Shown: positions 41,684 to 50,891, numbered from the stretch's first letter. The stretch: 63,979 nucleotides of DNA from an uncultured Gammaproteobacteria bacterium (GCA_964459725.1 CAYWNT010000010.1:5739-69717); one strand, 5' to 3'. Numbers and translations: made by a program. The notes: generated from the letters alone by a model not told the origin.

Positions 41684-42895
41684 TTATTCGAAGACTACTT
41701 TTACAAATCCAAATTTTCCAATTTTTAAGATTGATTGATTGTCTTCTTTTGTTAAAATTCTTCTCCAATCTATTTCTTTTTCTTTGTTTATGCTTACTCC
41801 ACCCTGCTCAATCTTTCTTTTGGCCTCGCTGTTGCTCTGCGCCAACCCAGCTAAAACGATAAATTCTATCAATTTGATTTGTTTTTGACTAACAACAACA
41901 TCCTTAACTTCTTCGGGTGTTTCTTTGTTTGAAATCGTATTCACAAAATAATCTTGTGCTTTTTTGGCCTCCTCTTGTCCGTGATAAATTTTTACAATCT
42001 CATAAGCTAATCTTATTTTTATATCACGAGGCTCATTGTTTTTAGCAATTTCATCTATCTCACTCAAAGAAAGCAGCGTTGTGTCAATAAAAAGCTGATT
42101 CATGTTTTCATCGGGTTGAGACATAATTGAGCCAAACATTTTATTTGCATTCCAATCAAGAAAAACTCCGGTTCCGAGAGATTTTGACATCATCTTTTCT
42201 CCGGTTTTGGGATTTTCAAGCAAGGTTGTTATAACAACAAATTTTTCCTTGTTTTTATATCTTTTTAGCAAGGTTCTTCCTGCTAAAGCATTGAATTTTT
42301 GATCACTTCCACACATTTCAATATCCACATCTAATGCCACACTGTCATATCCTTGCATAAGTGGATAAAAAAATTCATGAAGATGAATCGGTTTTTCGTC
42401 CTTTAATCTCTTTTCAAACATATCCCTTTCCAACATTCTTTGTACTGTAAAGTTTGATGCAATATTAACTATTTCTTCAAAGGTAAGCTTAGACAGCCAA
42501 TCGTGATTATAGACAATACGAACTGGATTTTTTTTGTCTTCAAAATCTATAATTGGCTTAACTTGTTTTAGCCATGTCTTAGTGTTGGCAATGACTTGTT
42601 TTCTTGTAAGCTGCACTCTTGCTGCGTCTTTATCTGTAGGGTCACCTATTCTTGATGTAAAATCACCAATCAAAAAAATAATTTCGTGTCCAAGTTTTCT
42701 AAATTTTTCAAGAATAATATAATTTGTTGCATGTCCAAGATGAAGGGATGTCCCTGTGGCATCGGTGCCAATATAGATTTTTAATTTTTCACCAGAAAGT
42801 AACTTTTCTTTTAATTTCTCCTTGGACGGCAATACCTCCTTAACTGATCTAGATAATAATTCATCTATTTCATTTTCCAAAGTAACTTCGTTCAT
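41684..42895 (-). CDS. tyrS: Tyrosyl-tRNA synthetase
   Basis: 403 aa; SLHLGH (HIGH), KMSKS-like KMMSKSLG, C-terminal S4 domain. Confidence 0.95.
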   Translation of the reverse strand: MNEVTLENEIDELLSRSVKEVLPSKEKLKEKLLSGEKLKIYIGTDATGTSLHLGHATNYIILEKFRKLGHEIIFLIGDFTSRIGDPTDKDAARVQLTRKQVIANTKTWLKQVKPIIDFEDKKNPVRIVYNHDWLSKLTFEEIVNIASNFTVQRMLERDMFEKRLKDEKPIHLHEFFYPLMQGYDSVALDVDIEMCGSDQKFNALAGRTLLKRYKNKEKFVVITTLLENPKTGEKMMSKSLGTGVFLDWNANKMFGSIMSQPDENMNQLFIDTTLLSLSEIDEIAKNNEPRDIKIRLAYEIVKIYHGQEEAKKAQDYFVNTISNKETPEEVKDVVVSQKQIKLIEFIVLAGLAQSNSEAKRKIEQGGVSINKEKEIDWRRILTKEDNQSILKIGKFGFVKVVFE

Positions 42896-42963
42896 ATAAT
42901 TAATTTAATATTAATTTTTAAATAATAAAGAAGATTTTTACAAGTTAGCGCTTTTTATTTCTA

Positions 42964-42996
42964 AATAAAAAGCCCAATATACTACATATACTGGGC
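42964..42996 (-). terminator. Terminator of RiPP operon 2
   Basis: GCCCAGUAUA...UAUAUUGGGC + U5 on the minus strand. Confidence 0.7.
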
Positions 42997-43011
42997 GTAA
43001 AACCTGTTAAT

Positions 43012-44076
43012 TTATCCGATTGAACAGGTGGTGTTTGGATGATTAGAGTCTACTAGAATACGATAATAAGCGTCACTAACAATTCTCTTGAATCTACAAT
43101 AATCTAGTAATTTCTCGGACCTGCTAAGCCTTTCATCATTTTGCCAATACCACTTTGTATTTTTACAAAAATTTATCCAAGGACAACTATCTTGTTTACA
43201 CAAAAGCATAGGATAGCTCTTGGTTTTAACATAGGTTTTTATCTCAGCAATTTTTTCTGATATATTATGATTATTTATTTTATGAGAATTTTCCAAATCA
43301 AGTTCGAATAAGTATGGGTCAATACCTCCATAAGCATACTCTGGAATAATACTCGAAAATAAATTTAAATGAACTTTCGAAAAAAAATCTTCAACTACTC
43401 GATTTAGATTTTCTTCAAGCTGCTTCCATTCTTCTTCGGATGGAGTTTTATAAGCCCCATAATTAACTTCGCATATTAGTGGGATTTTTCCCATTTCTTC
43501 ATAAAACCAGCGGCAAATTTCATGAAGCTTGGCAAAGCAGTTATTTGGAACCACACACACTCCGGGAATGACCGGTAAACTTTTGGAATTATACTTATTT
43601 ATTCTCTTAGCTAGCTTAATAGGATCAACCGATCCCCTATCTGGGTTGACTGGATTTTCTATTGACAAGAAAATATGGCTTATTGCACTATCTCTTGCCT
43701 TTAAGATCCAATCTTGATCCAAAATTTTCCCTGCTGACAATATATATGGAGAAGTCCCCACAACATCAAAAGCTTTATTGGCAAGGTCAAACAATCTATC
43801 ACCAAGAATCATAGGCTCTCCACCAGAAAATCGATACGATGTGGGTGATTGGGTGGATAAATTCCAGGCTCTAATAAAATTCAAATAAGCAATAAATTGT
43901 TCATCTGAAATATCATATGCGAACTTATTCCGAGAACGAGATTTAAAGTAATGACAATATGTACAGTTAAGATTGCATCGACCAGTTACTCCAATACTAA
44001 TTGAAAAAATCTTTTCACGGGCTTTCATGCTATCCACGTTACCTATGTTGCGCACCAGGATATTGCCAGACAACAT
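43012..44076 (-). CDS. Radical SAM enzyme (candidate peptide maturase)
   Basis: GRCNLNCTYCHY (CX3CX2C); C-terminal CKQDSCPWINFC Cys cluster; start ambiguous (44076 lies inside a hairpin; alternative ATG at 44028). Confidence 0.8.
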   Translation of the reverse strand: MLSGNILVRNIGNVDSMKAREKIFSISIGVTGRCNLNCTYCHYFKSRSRNKFAYDISDEQFIAYLNFIRAWNLSTQSPTSYRFSGGEPMILGDRLFDLANKAFDVVGTSPYILSAGKILDQDWILKARDSAISHIFLSIENPVNPDRGSVDPIKLAKRINKYNSKSLPVIPGVCVVPNNCFAKLHEICRWFYEEMGKIPLICEVNYGAYKTPSEEEWKQLEENLNRVVEDFFSKVHLNLFSSIIPEYAYGGIDPYLFELDLENSHKINNHNISEKIAEIKTYVKTKSYPMLLCKQDSCPWINFCKNTKWYWQNDERLSRSEKLLDYCRFKRIVSDAYYRILVDSNHPNTTCSIG

Positions 44077-44084
44077 CCTGGTGC
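44052..44084 (-). promoter_or_regulatory. Precursor-maturase intergenic hairpin (operon 2)
   Basis: Perfect 10-bp stem GCACCAGGAT/ATCCTGGTGC, 13-nt loop, no U-run; includes the first in-frame ATG (44076) of the rSAM ORF. Confidence 0.7.
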
Positions 44085-44105
44085 AATTTTAATGAACTCC
44101 CCAAG

Positions 44106-44240
44106 TTATGGTGTTGGGGGGTCAGTCGAGTATGCAAGCGTACTTGATCCAATCGACGCTTTTACTCTCTTAAAAGAATCCTCGAAAACAGATTGAAGTT
44201 TTTCTGCTTTTCCATTATTAAAATCTTTATTCTCTTTCAT
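44106..44240 (-). CDS. Candidate RiPP precursor peptide (44 aa), not in ORF track
   Basis: MKENKDFNNGKAEKLQSVFEDSFKRVKASIGSSTLAYSTDPPTP; AAGGAGGTG SD 2 nt upstream (GGAGG core 4 nt); TTGACA-N17-TAAAAT promoter; directly upstream of rSAM gene. Confidence 0.6.
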   Translation of the reverse strand: MKENKDFNNGKAEKLQSVFEDSFKRVKASIGSSTLAYSTDPPTP

Positions 44241-44295
44241 AACACCTCCTTATTGAAAGATTTTTAATGAAATGCAAACTATTTTGCATATTTAA

Positions 44296-44324
44296 ATTTT
44301 ACAATATGATTTAAAATTTGTCAA
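44296..44324 (-). promoter_or_regulatory. Promoter of the RiPP operon 2 precursor
   Basis: TTGACA-N17-TAAAAT. Confidence 0.7.
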
Positions 44325-44360
44325 AAGATGAATGTCAGGGATAGTAGGCTGTTTTTAATT

Positions 44361-44402
44361 ATTTTAGATAAAAAAATACTGACCCATGGTTCAGGTCAGT
44401 AT
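44361..44402 (-). terminator. Terminator of 44450..45307 (copy 2 of the 42-nt repeat)
   Basis: Identical 42-mer ATTTTAGATAAAAAAATACTGACCCATGGTTCAGGTCAGTAT. Confidence 0.75.
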
Positions 44403-44449
44403 GTATTTTGTGATCTTTTTAAATTTTTCAATGATCACAAGTTTTGTTT

Positions 44450-45307
44450 TTATTTTGTTAGCTTTCTGGCGGCAAAGATTCCAAGGCTGGCCAGCATAGC
44501 ATCATCCCAGTCGTGGTCGATTACCAGCTTGCCTTCCTTTCCAAATCTTCCCATGCAGATGTGATCGCCATCCTTGTCGATATCAGCTACTCTACCCTGC
44601 ACATTTTGCGGTGTAATAATCTCACCTGATTTTACACAGGAGAGAAAATGGAGAGCGATAACTTCGCAAGCCAATGGTGTATAGTACTCACTTCCCAGCA
44701 AAGACTTTTGCCTCTTCCATGACTTCATAAAAGAATTTGGGATCGCACCTTTGTACATGAGATGCCAGGAATGAGATGGCTTCTTTTTCACAAAACTTTC
44801 ACCTTCGTACCAGGCCTTTTCATATTTAATAAAACCAGGGTTGCTACCCGTCTTATGCAGAGCTAGCCATGTCTTAATAGACATTTGATCTTTGTGAGCA
44901 TACGTAGGAAGCAGAAAAAGATAATGTGTATCTCTCACCTTTTTCCATGGCTCAAAAAAACATTTTTCATCCAGTAAGCTACTTAGCTCTTCAAGGCTGA
45001 TTGGTAAGGCTGGAAAATCTTCAATTTTTATGTTGTAAAATCTGAGCCAGTCGTTCTGATCGAAAAAAGAATCAGGATCCATCACCTTGCTTAAATCTAA
45101 CACCTTCAGCTCTTCCTCTTGGTCCTTGGAGAGTGGTACCGGCCTTTCTTGCAGTAAAAGCTCTGCAACTTTTTTTGCCAGCTTATTATCCTCTCGAATT
45201 TTCAAGAATTGTCCTGCTCTTACATTGTGTTTACTCAAGACCTCCAACACCTCATCTACCTCCCTGATAGTCAGAATTTCAGAGCTCTTGCTTTCTTTTC
45301 CCTTCAT
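44450..45307 (-). CDS. Hypothetical protein
   Basis: 285 aa; AAGGAGAGGA SD; no family recognised. Confidence 0.65.
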   Translation of the reverse strand: MKGKESKSSEILTIREVDEVLEVLSKHNVRAGQFLKIREDNKLAKKVAELLLQERPVPLSKDQEEELKVLDLSKVMDPDSFFDQNDWLRFYNIKIEDFPALPISLEELSSLLDEKCFFEPWKKVRDTHYLFLLPTYAHKDQMSIKTWLALHKTGSNPGFIKYEKAWYEGESFVKKKPSHSWHLMYKGAIPNSFMKSWKRQKSLLGSEYYTPLACEVIALHFLSCVKSGEIITPQNVQGRVADIDKDGDHICMGRFGKEGKLVIDHDWDDAMLASLGIFAARKLTK

Positions 45308-45355
45308 TATTTCCTCTCCTTTCGGTCTATTTTTATCAGGAATTAATAAAATTCT

Positions 45356-45652
45356 TTACCTGCGATAAGCAAAATTATAATTAATTCCTTTCAACACCCA
45401 CCTCAGCACTGGTTCAATTTTTTCCTCTTGAAATTTATAACCATTGGCTGCCGTATTAAAATGATCTGAGCCTTGAATCGTGTAATGCAAAGATATTATT
45501 AAAAATCCAGCTTGTCCAGGTATAGAGTGAAACTCTATTTTTTCTGGTCGTAAACCAGCCTTGTCAAAGGCGATTATTAATTCGCCTCTTTTAGTTTCAG
45601 ATAAAATCTCGTTTACATAATAATCAAATTTAAATAATGAATTCACGCTCAT
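45356..45652 (-). CDS. Hypothetical protein
   Basis: 98 aa from the ATG at 45652 (GGAG 9 nt upstream); no family recognised. Confidence 0.5.
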   Translation of the reverse strand: MSVNSLFKFDYYVNEILSETKRGELIIAFDKAGLRPEKIEFHSIPGQAGFLIISLHYTIQGSDHFNTAANGYKFQEEKIEPVLRWVLKGINYNFAYRR

Positions 45653-46057
45653 TATCCTCATCTCCTTTTTTCTGTTGATATCTGTATATTCTAAAATGTT
45701 AAGGTGCGAATGGTTTATGTATTAATTAAGCATATTTACGCCTAAAAGTCAATTATATTGAAAATCTTAATTAAAAAAACCGCATATAAAATGCGATTTT
45801 TATGTAAGGCTGTAATTTATGGAGAAGCAAGCTCCTGCTCTCTGCCTTGACTTAAGCTCAAGAGGCACCAAAATTGGCTCAATTTTATTGCCATATAAAC
45901 TAAGTAGACAAAGAATAATAGTTAGTCCATGTGGCAAAACCCCTCCTAGATCCCCTCCTGTCAACTTAAGTAGCCAGATTGCAGTCTTCACAACTTGCAT
46001 TCAACTAGAAATATAACATTAGATTATTAAGGGAACATTAAATTCAGTAAAAGTGGC

Positions 46058-47626
46058 TTATTTTGCTTTGCTAAAATTGGTATATAGCACTTTTTCATCT
46101 AATCCTTCCCTTTTTAACCATTCAATCACCTCTAATACCGCACTCACATCTGTCTTTGTAGGTTTTTTGAAGATGTTTTTAGCTTTTTTCTGTCTTTCTT
46201 CGCAAATCTTATTATTTGTTGGCACCACTTGTCCCCCACCACCCAGACAACCACTTGGGCATGATTTTATCTGGACTGAGTCGAGGTTGTTCATTTCTGA
46301 AATAGCTTCTTTGATATTTCCTATTCCGTCTACTTTCTTGAATTTATTTTTTTTATCATAAAACAATGAAATAGCATCAGGAACAGAAACACTTGTTGCC
46401 TTGTCATTGCTTATTGAGTCAAATTTAGTTTTCTTGCTCTTTTTAAATATAGTGTTATGTTTTTTTAACAAAAAGACCATCTCCCTGGAAGTCAGCGAGA
46501 AATCAACAGGAAACATGCCCTTGATGTGCATTTCGGTGCGAACACTTTCGTATTTCTTGGCCACGCATGGGCTGATGGAAAAAACTACTAGATTATCAGG
46601 ATCAATTCCCTGTGCTTCTGCCCAGTATGTTTTGATAATCCCGCCCGCGGTTATATGGGGCGACCTTGATCTGGACAGGTCCTTGACCATGTCTTGCTTG
46701 TAAAGCTCAAGGTAGTGCACAAATGACGGACAATCAGAAGTGAGGAGTGTAGAGCCGTCCTCATTCTTGGCGCGAAGTTCGTCAGTCATTATTTTTCCAT
46801 TAAAAATATTAAAAAAGGAAGAGTTGAACACGTAGTCAACACCTATGCTCTTCAACGCGTGAATTAGGTGCTCACTAGTAATTCCCTTAGCCTCAGCAAA
46901 GGCTTCATCAAGTGAGGCCACAACCAGTGGATCAAGAATAATTACCACCTTTTGTTCATTATCAGCAATCTCTCTTTCCAAGTCTTTGTAGTTGGTCTGT
47001 TCTTGTGCAGCACTAACTGGGCAATGAAGCGCACATTGTCCGCAAAGAATACAGTGCTTATCCTTGTCTTTTTTTGGTACTATTTCCTGAGAAGCGCCCT
47101 TGCCTGCAATATCAAGATAGTCAATTTTCTGAAGAGTGGTGCAAGCGTCTATGCAATTTCTACAATCAATGCACTGAGTTCCATCAAGCTCAACTGCATT
47201 TTTGAATTTATACATTCGGCGATGCTTCTTTCTATCCTTGAAACGAGTAATTTGTGTTTTATGTTCTTGGGCATACCCAAGGAGCTTACACTCAAATCTC
47301 CAAATGCAACCAGCACATTTCTCGATATGTTCGGCGTAGATAAGCTCAATGTTGATATTTCTAGCTCTTACAACGCGTTCTGTGGCCGTGCTTATTTCCA
47401 TACCTTCACTCACTAATGCAGTACATGATGGAGTAAGGGATTTCCTGTCCTTAACCTCCACAACACAAACTCTACAATTACCCTTGGCACAAAAATCAGG
47501 ATGGTAACAGAGTGATGGAATGTGTATCTTTTTTTCTTGAGCAACTTGAAGTATGGTCTGCCCCTCGTAGCAAGTTACAACCTTCCCATCTATCTTTATT
47601 TTAATTCTTTTCTTTTTTATTGACAT
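46058..47626 (-). CDS. [FeFe]-hydrogenase-like catalytic subunit with NuoG-like N-terminus
   Basis: 522 aa; 2Fe-2S ferredoxin start, HxxxCxxC, two CxxCxxCxxxCP motifs; H-cluster motifs TSDCP, SPCVAKKYE, SCPSGCLGGGGQ. Confidence 0.85.
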   Translation of the reverse strand: MSIKKKRIKIKIDGKVVTCYEGQTILQVAQEKKIHIPSLCYHPDFCAKGNCRVCVVEVKDRKSLTPSCTALVSEGMEISTATERVVRARNINIELIYAEHIEKCAGCIWRFECKLLGYAQEHKTQITRFKDRKKHRRMYKFKNAVELDGTQCIDCRNCIDACTTLQKIDYLDIAGKGASQEIVPKKDKDKHCILCGQCALHCPVSAAQEQTNYKDLEREIADNEQKVVIILDPLVVASLDEAFAEAKGITSEHLIHALKSIGVDYVFNSSFFNIFNGKIMTDELRAKNEDGSTLLTSDCPSFVHYLELYKQDMVKDLSRSRSPHITAGGIIKTYWAEAQGIDPDNLVVFSISPCVAKKYESVRTEMHIKGMFPVDFSLTSREMVFLLKKHNTIFKKSKKTKFDSISNDKATSVSVPDAISLFYDKKNKFKKVDGIGNIKEAISEMNNLDSVQIKSCPSGCLGGGGQVVPTNNKICEERQKKAKNIFKKPTKTDVSAVLEVIEWLKREGLDEKVLYTNFSKAK

Positions 47627-48300
47627 TTATTTTCATAATATTCTTTTTTAAAATATGGATACAAGATGCTGATAAAAGCACCTACTAGAAAATACCAGAT
47701 ATAATCTTCCACAGGAATCCCTAGAGCCAAAATCCCAGACAAATTTTCCAGAGTCCAGGCTGTTTCCACCCAGCCAGGAGAAAGGAAAATCATGATTAAG
47801 TATATCGGAAGTGAGAGGAAGACCATGGCTATCCCGCTAAGAATGGAAATAGAAAGTAAATCTCTTCTCTGGATAAGTATATAAATTATAGCTGCAAGTA
47901 TTCCTAAGGAGTTGGCGTAAAATGAATTTAACCCTAAAACGATAAACAAAAAAAATGTTACCACCGCAGTTAGTAGGAGTGGCGCTAAAATACGAGCTAC
48001 TTTTCCCTCTCCTTCACCTTTAACCTTGAAAAATAGTAAATATCCAGTAGCTGCGATTCCTCCATTTGTAAATCCTAGGATAAAATCCTCAATGCCAACT
48101 CTTGAGCCAAATACAGTTTCCGGCCTCCACCAGTCAACAGTGTACAAAAAACCAAAAGTAACACCAATTATTGCATAAAGTAAACTAAAAAAAATAAGTC
48201 TGGATCTGAACTCTTTCAAGTTGAAATAAATAAATAACCAATAAACGAAAAACAGTGAGCTTCCAAGTAGGTATGTAAATTTAAATGGAATAACAGGCAT
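47617..48300 (-). CDS. Polytopic membrane protein, unknown function
   Basis: 227 aa, about 7 TM helices; sits between the flavoprotein and hydrogenase genes. Confidence 0.6.
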   Translation of the reverse strand: MPVIPFKFTYLLGSSLFFVYWLFIYFNLKEFRSRLIFFSLLYAIIGVTFGFLYTVDWWRPETVFGSRVGIEDFILGFTNGGIAATGYLLFFKVKGEGEGKVARILAPLLLTAVVTFFLFIVLGLNSFYANSLGILAAIIYILIQRRDLLSISILSGIAMVFLSLPIYLIMIFLSPGWVETAWTLENLSGILALGIPVEDYIWYFLVGAFISILYPYFKKEYYENKCQ

Positions 48301-48320
48301 ATCAAAAATTAAGAAACAAT

Positions 48321-49430
48321 TTAAAAGTTATTACAAATCTTAGAACTATCTATAAGAACTTGCTTAAGATCGTGGGTCATATTGATTTTTCTTGGCGGGT
48401 ATTTCTTTACAATGTTATTTATGTAGCTCATAACAGGAACATGGACTGATCCTCCTAGGGCACAAAAGGATGACTCTTTGGTTGAGCTCAAGATCTCAAA
48501 AAATAATTTCCAATTAACATTTTTCATCTTTAGAAATTCATTTAGCCTGTAAGTCCCCTCCCTGCACGGAACGCATTGGCCACATGACTCTACCATAAAA
48601 AATCCAGTCCAATATTTTATTAAATCTAAGAATGAATGGTTGTGAAGACTAAACACTTTTATCGAACCACTTCCCCCTACTGGAGTGTCTAACTGGTCGC
48701 TATTCAAAACAATACCAGAGCCGTCTCCACCGACTTGTACAAAAAAATCATACTCAGACCTGCTATGGCCATGCTCAAGAGGATGATTGTGCGTATTGTG
48801 AAGAATTTCGTTGATTGTAGCGTCTTCAGGAAAAGAATAAACACCGCGATGCAATACATCACCTGTTATGGTGTAGAATCGTTCGTTCTTATAGCTATCA
48901 TGTAATAACAAGCTCGCATCATAAAAAGTCTCAACATTGTTTACTAGCGTAGGAGCACTGTGTAACCCCTCAACTCCTGGGAAGGGCGGTCTAATTCTAG
49001 GCTCTGTCCTTTTGCCCTCTATGGTGTTTATGAGTGCTGTTTCCTCACCGCCAACATAGCCAGCGCGTAATGGTTTCTTGAAAACTTCAATATCGTCACT
49101 GCCTATAATGTTTTTTAATTTTTTATGAAACTTTTTGTAGAATTTATGATTTAGGTAGATTATCCCCTTCACCTCTCTCTCTTTGCCGCTATTGTTAAAA
49201 TTAAAAAACTGAATGGCATGTCTCATGCCATCTATTACAACTTCAGGATAATTTTCCAAGATATACTCATCCTTCTTCACTCCAGGTTCTCCCTCGCTAC
49301 CGTTACAGATAACAAATTTTTTCTCCCCCTTTGCTTTTTTTACTATCTCCCATTTTTTCCATGTCGGGAAACAACCACCTCCTCGTCCTAGTAATCCTTT
49401 CGATTTTAGTTGTTGTAAAACATCTATCAT
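48321..49430 (-). CDS. NuoF/HydB-like NADH-binding flavoprotein subunit
   Basis: 369 aa; GRGGGCFPTWKKW, CNGSEGEPG, ESCGQCVPCREG motifs. Confidence 0.85.
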   Translation of the reverse strand: MIDVLQQLKSKGLLGRGGGCFPTWKKWEIVKKAKGEKKFVICNGSEGEPGVKKDEYILENYPEVVIDGMRHAIQFFNFNNSGKEREVKGIIYLNHKFYKKFHKKLKNIIGSDDIEVFKKPLRAGYVGGEETALINTIEGKRTEPRIRPPFPGVEGLHSAPTLVNNVETFYDASLLLHDSYKNERFYTITGDVLHRGVYSFPEDATINEILHNTHNHPLEHGHSRSEYDFFVQVGGDGSGIVLNSDQLDTPVGGSGSIKVFSLHNHSFLDLIKYWTGFFMVESCGQCVPCREGTYRLNEFLKMKNVNWKLFFEILSSTKESSFCALGGSVHVPVMSYINNIVKKYPPRKINMTHDLKQVLIDSSKICNNF

Positions 49431-49443
49431 TAATTATTTAAAA

Positions 49444-50481
49444 TTATACAAATTTCTTTTTAGCTAAGTACAAGACCACATCAATTAAACGGTTTGAGTA
49501 GCCCCATTCATTGTCATACCAAGCTATCACCTTTAGCAAATTACTATCTACCACCTTGGTGCTTCCGAGATCAACGATCGCGCTAGCTGGATTTCCAATA
49601 ATATCAGAGGATACGATTGGCTCATCTGTTGCGTCTAGTACATATTTCATCTGGGCAGTTTTGGATGCTTTTTTAAAAATTGCATTCACCTTTTTCTTTG
49701 CCTCCTCCTCTGACTTTCCGATGTTTTTCTTGGTCACACACACAATATCAGACATAGATCCAACCGGAACTGGGACTCTGACCGACATACCATCAAACTT
49801 ATTTTTTAGCTGCGGTATCACTTTTTGTGTGGCAATTGCGGCTCCTGTGGTAGTTGGTAGAATATTCATAGCTGCTGCCCGAGCTCTACGCAGGTCCTTG
49901 TGAGGACCATCGATTAAGTTTTGAGTTGCAGTGTAAGCATGAATTGTAGTCATTATTGCCTTTTCAATCCCGAAGTTTTTTCTAATCACATCCATAACTG
50001 GAGCTAGAGAGTTTGTAGTGCATGATGCATTGGAGAGAATATTGTCACTCTTCCTGATCTTGTCTTCATTTACACCCATGACAATTGTCTTTACATTGTC
50101 ACCCTTGGCTGGAGCTGAAATTACAACCTTTTTTGCACCAGCTTTTAAATGTAGGCTGGCTGACTCCTTGGTTCTAAAAAAACCAGTTGACTCAATCACT
50201 ACATCAACCCCTAACTCTCTCCATGGTAAATCCTCTGGATTTTTTTCAGAAAATATTTTGTATTTCTTTCCGCCTACCTGTAAATAATCCTTTCCGGCTT
50301 TAATTTCCCTTTCAAAAACACCATAAGAAGTATCATATTTTAATAAATGCGCTAAAGTCTTCTTGTCTGTTAGGTCATTAATGGCGACGATGTTAATATT
50401 TGCCTTGTTCAATAGAATCGCTTTTAGGGTTGCTCGACCTATTCTGCCAAACCCGTTTATTGCTACGTTTATTTTTTTCAT
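49444..50481 (-). CDS. gap: Glyceraldehyde-3-phosphate dehydrogenase, type I
   Basis: 345 aa; INGFGRIGR, SNASCTTN catalytic motif, WYDNEWGYS. Confidence 0.95.
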   Translation of the reverse strand: MKKINVAINGFGRIGRATLKAILLNKANINIVAINDLTDKKTLAHLLKYDTSYGVFEREIKAGKDYLQVGGKKYKIFSEKNPEDLPWRELGVDVVIESTGFFRTKESASLHLKAGAKKVVISAPAKGDNVKTIVMGVNEDKIRKSDNILSNASCTTNSLAPVMDVIRKNFGIEKAIMTTIHAYTATQNLIDGPHKDLRRARAAAMNILPTTTGAAIATQKVIPQLKNKFDGMSVRVPVPVGSMSDIVCVTKKNIGKSEEEAKKKVNAIFKKASKTAQMKYVLDATDEPIVSSDIIGNPASAIVDLGSTKVVDSNLLKVIAWYDNEWGYSNRLIDVVLYLAKKKFV

Positions 50482-50644
50482 GATTTTTAAAAATTATTAA
50501 TTAGAGTTTAGTGTGTTGTTTTATTATAACACAAAAATTAGTCTAACAACAAGGAATCAAAAAATAAAAAAAGCGAAACATTGTTTTTAACATTTCGCTT
50601 TTTAATTTTTTAGAAGGATGGGTGTTCGATTTAAAACTAACTTT

Positions 50645-50767
50645 TTAATCCTCTTCTTCATCACCACGAGATATCACATAAGACAACAAGCTCGCTCCTG
50701 AAAACAGTATGAAAACAATAACCGCGGCCACTTTTTGTGCAAAGTCTAAATCCAAATTTGTACCCAT
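50645..50767 (-). CDS. Small single-TM protein (40 aa), not in ORF track
   Basis: MGTNLDLDFAQKVAAVIVFILFSGASLLSYVISRGDEEED; GGAGG SD 6 nt upstream. Confidence 0.5.
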   Translation of the reverse strand: MGTNLDLDFAQKVAAVIVFILFSGASLLSYVISRGDEEED

Positions 50768-50891
50768 TTAAAGCCTCCTCTTTGTAGACATTGTAATTAA
50801 TATTACAAGTCAGAAACATTATTTAGCATTTTCTTTTTTGGTACTAATTTTATTCCTTTATACTATTGTAACATAAATATACCAAAAATAA

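Noticed and set aside
45800-46016. 65-66-aa ORFs on both strands in the spacer after the hydrogenase gene
   Set aside because: Neither has an SD, a promoter or a recognisable motif. Mirror ORFs are expected in locally G+C-richer DNA. The region is reported only as unassigned.
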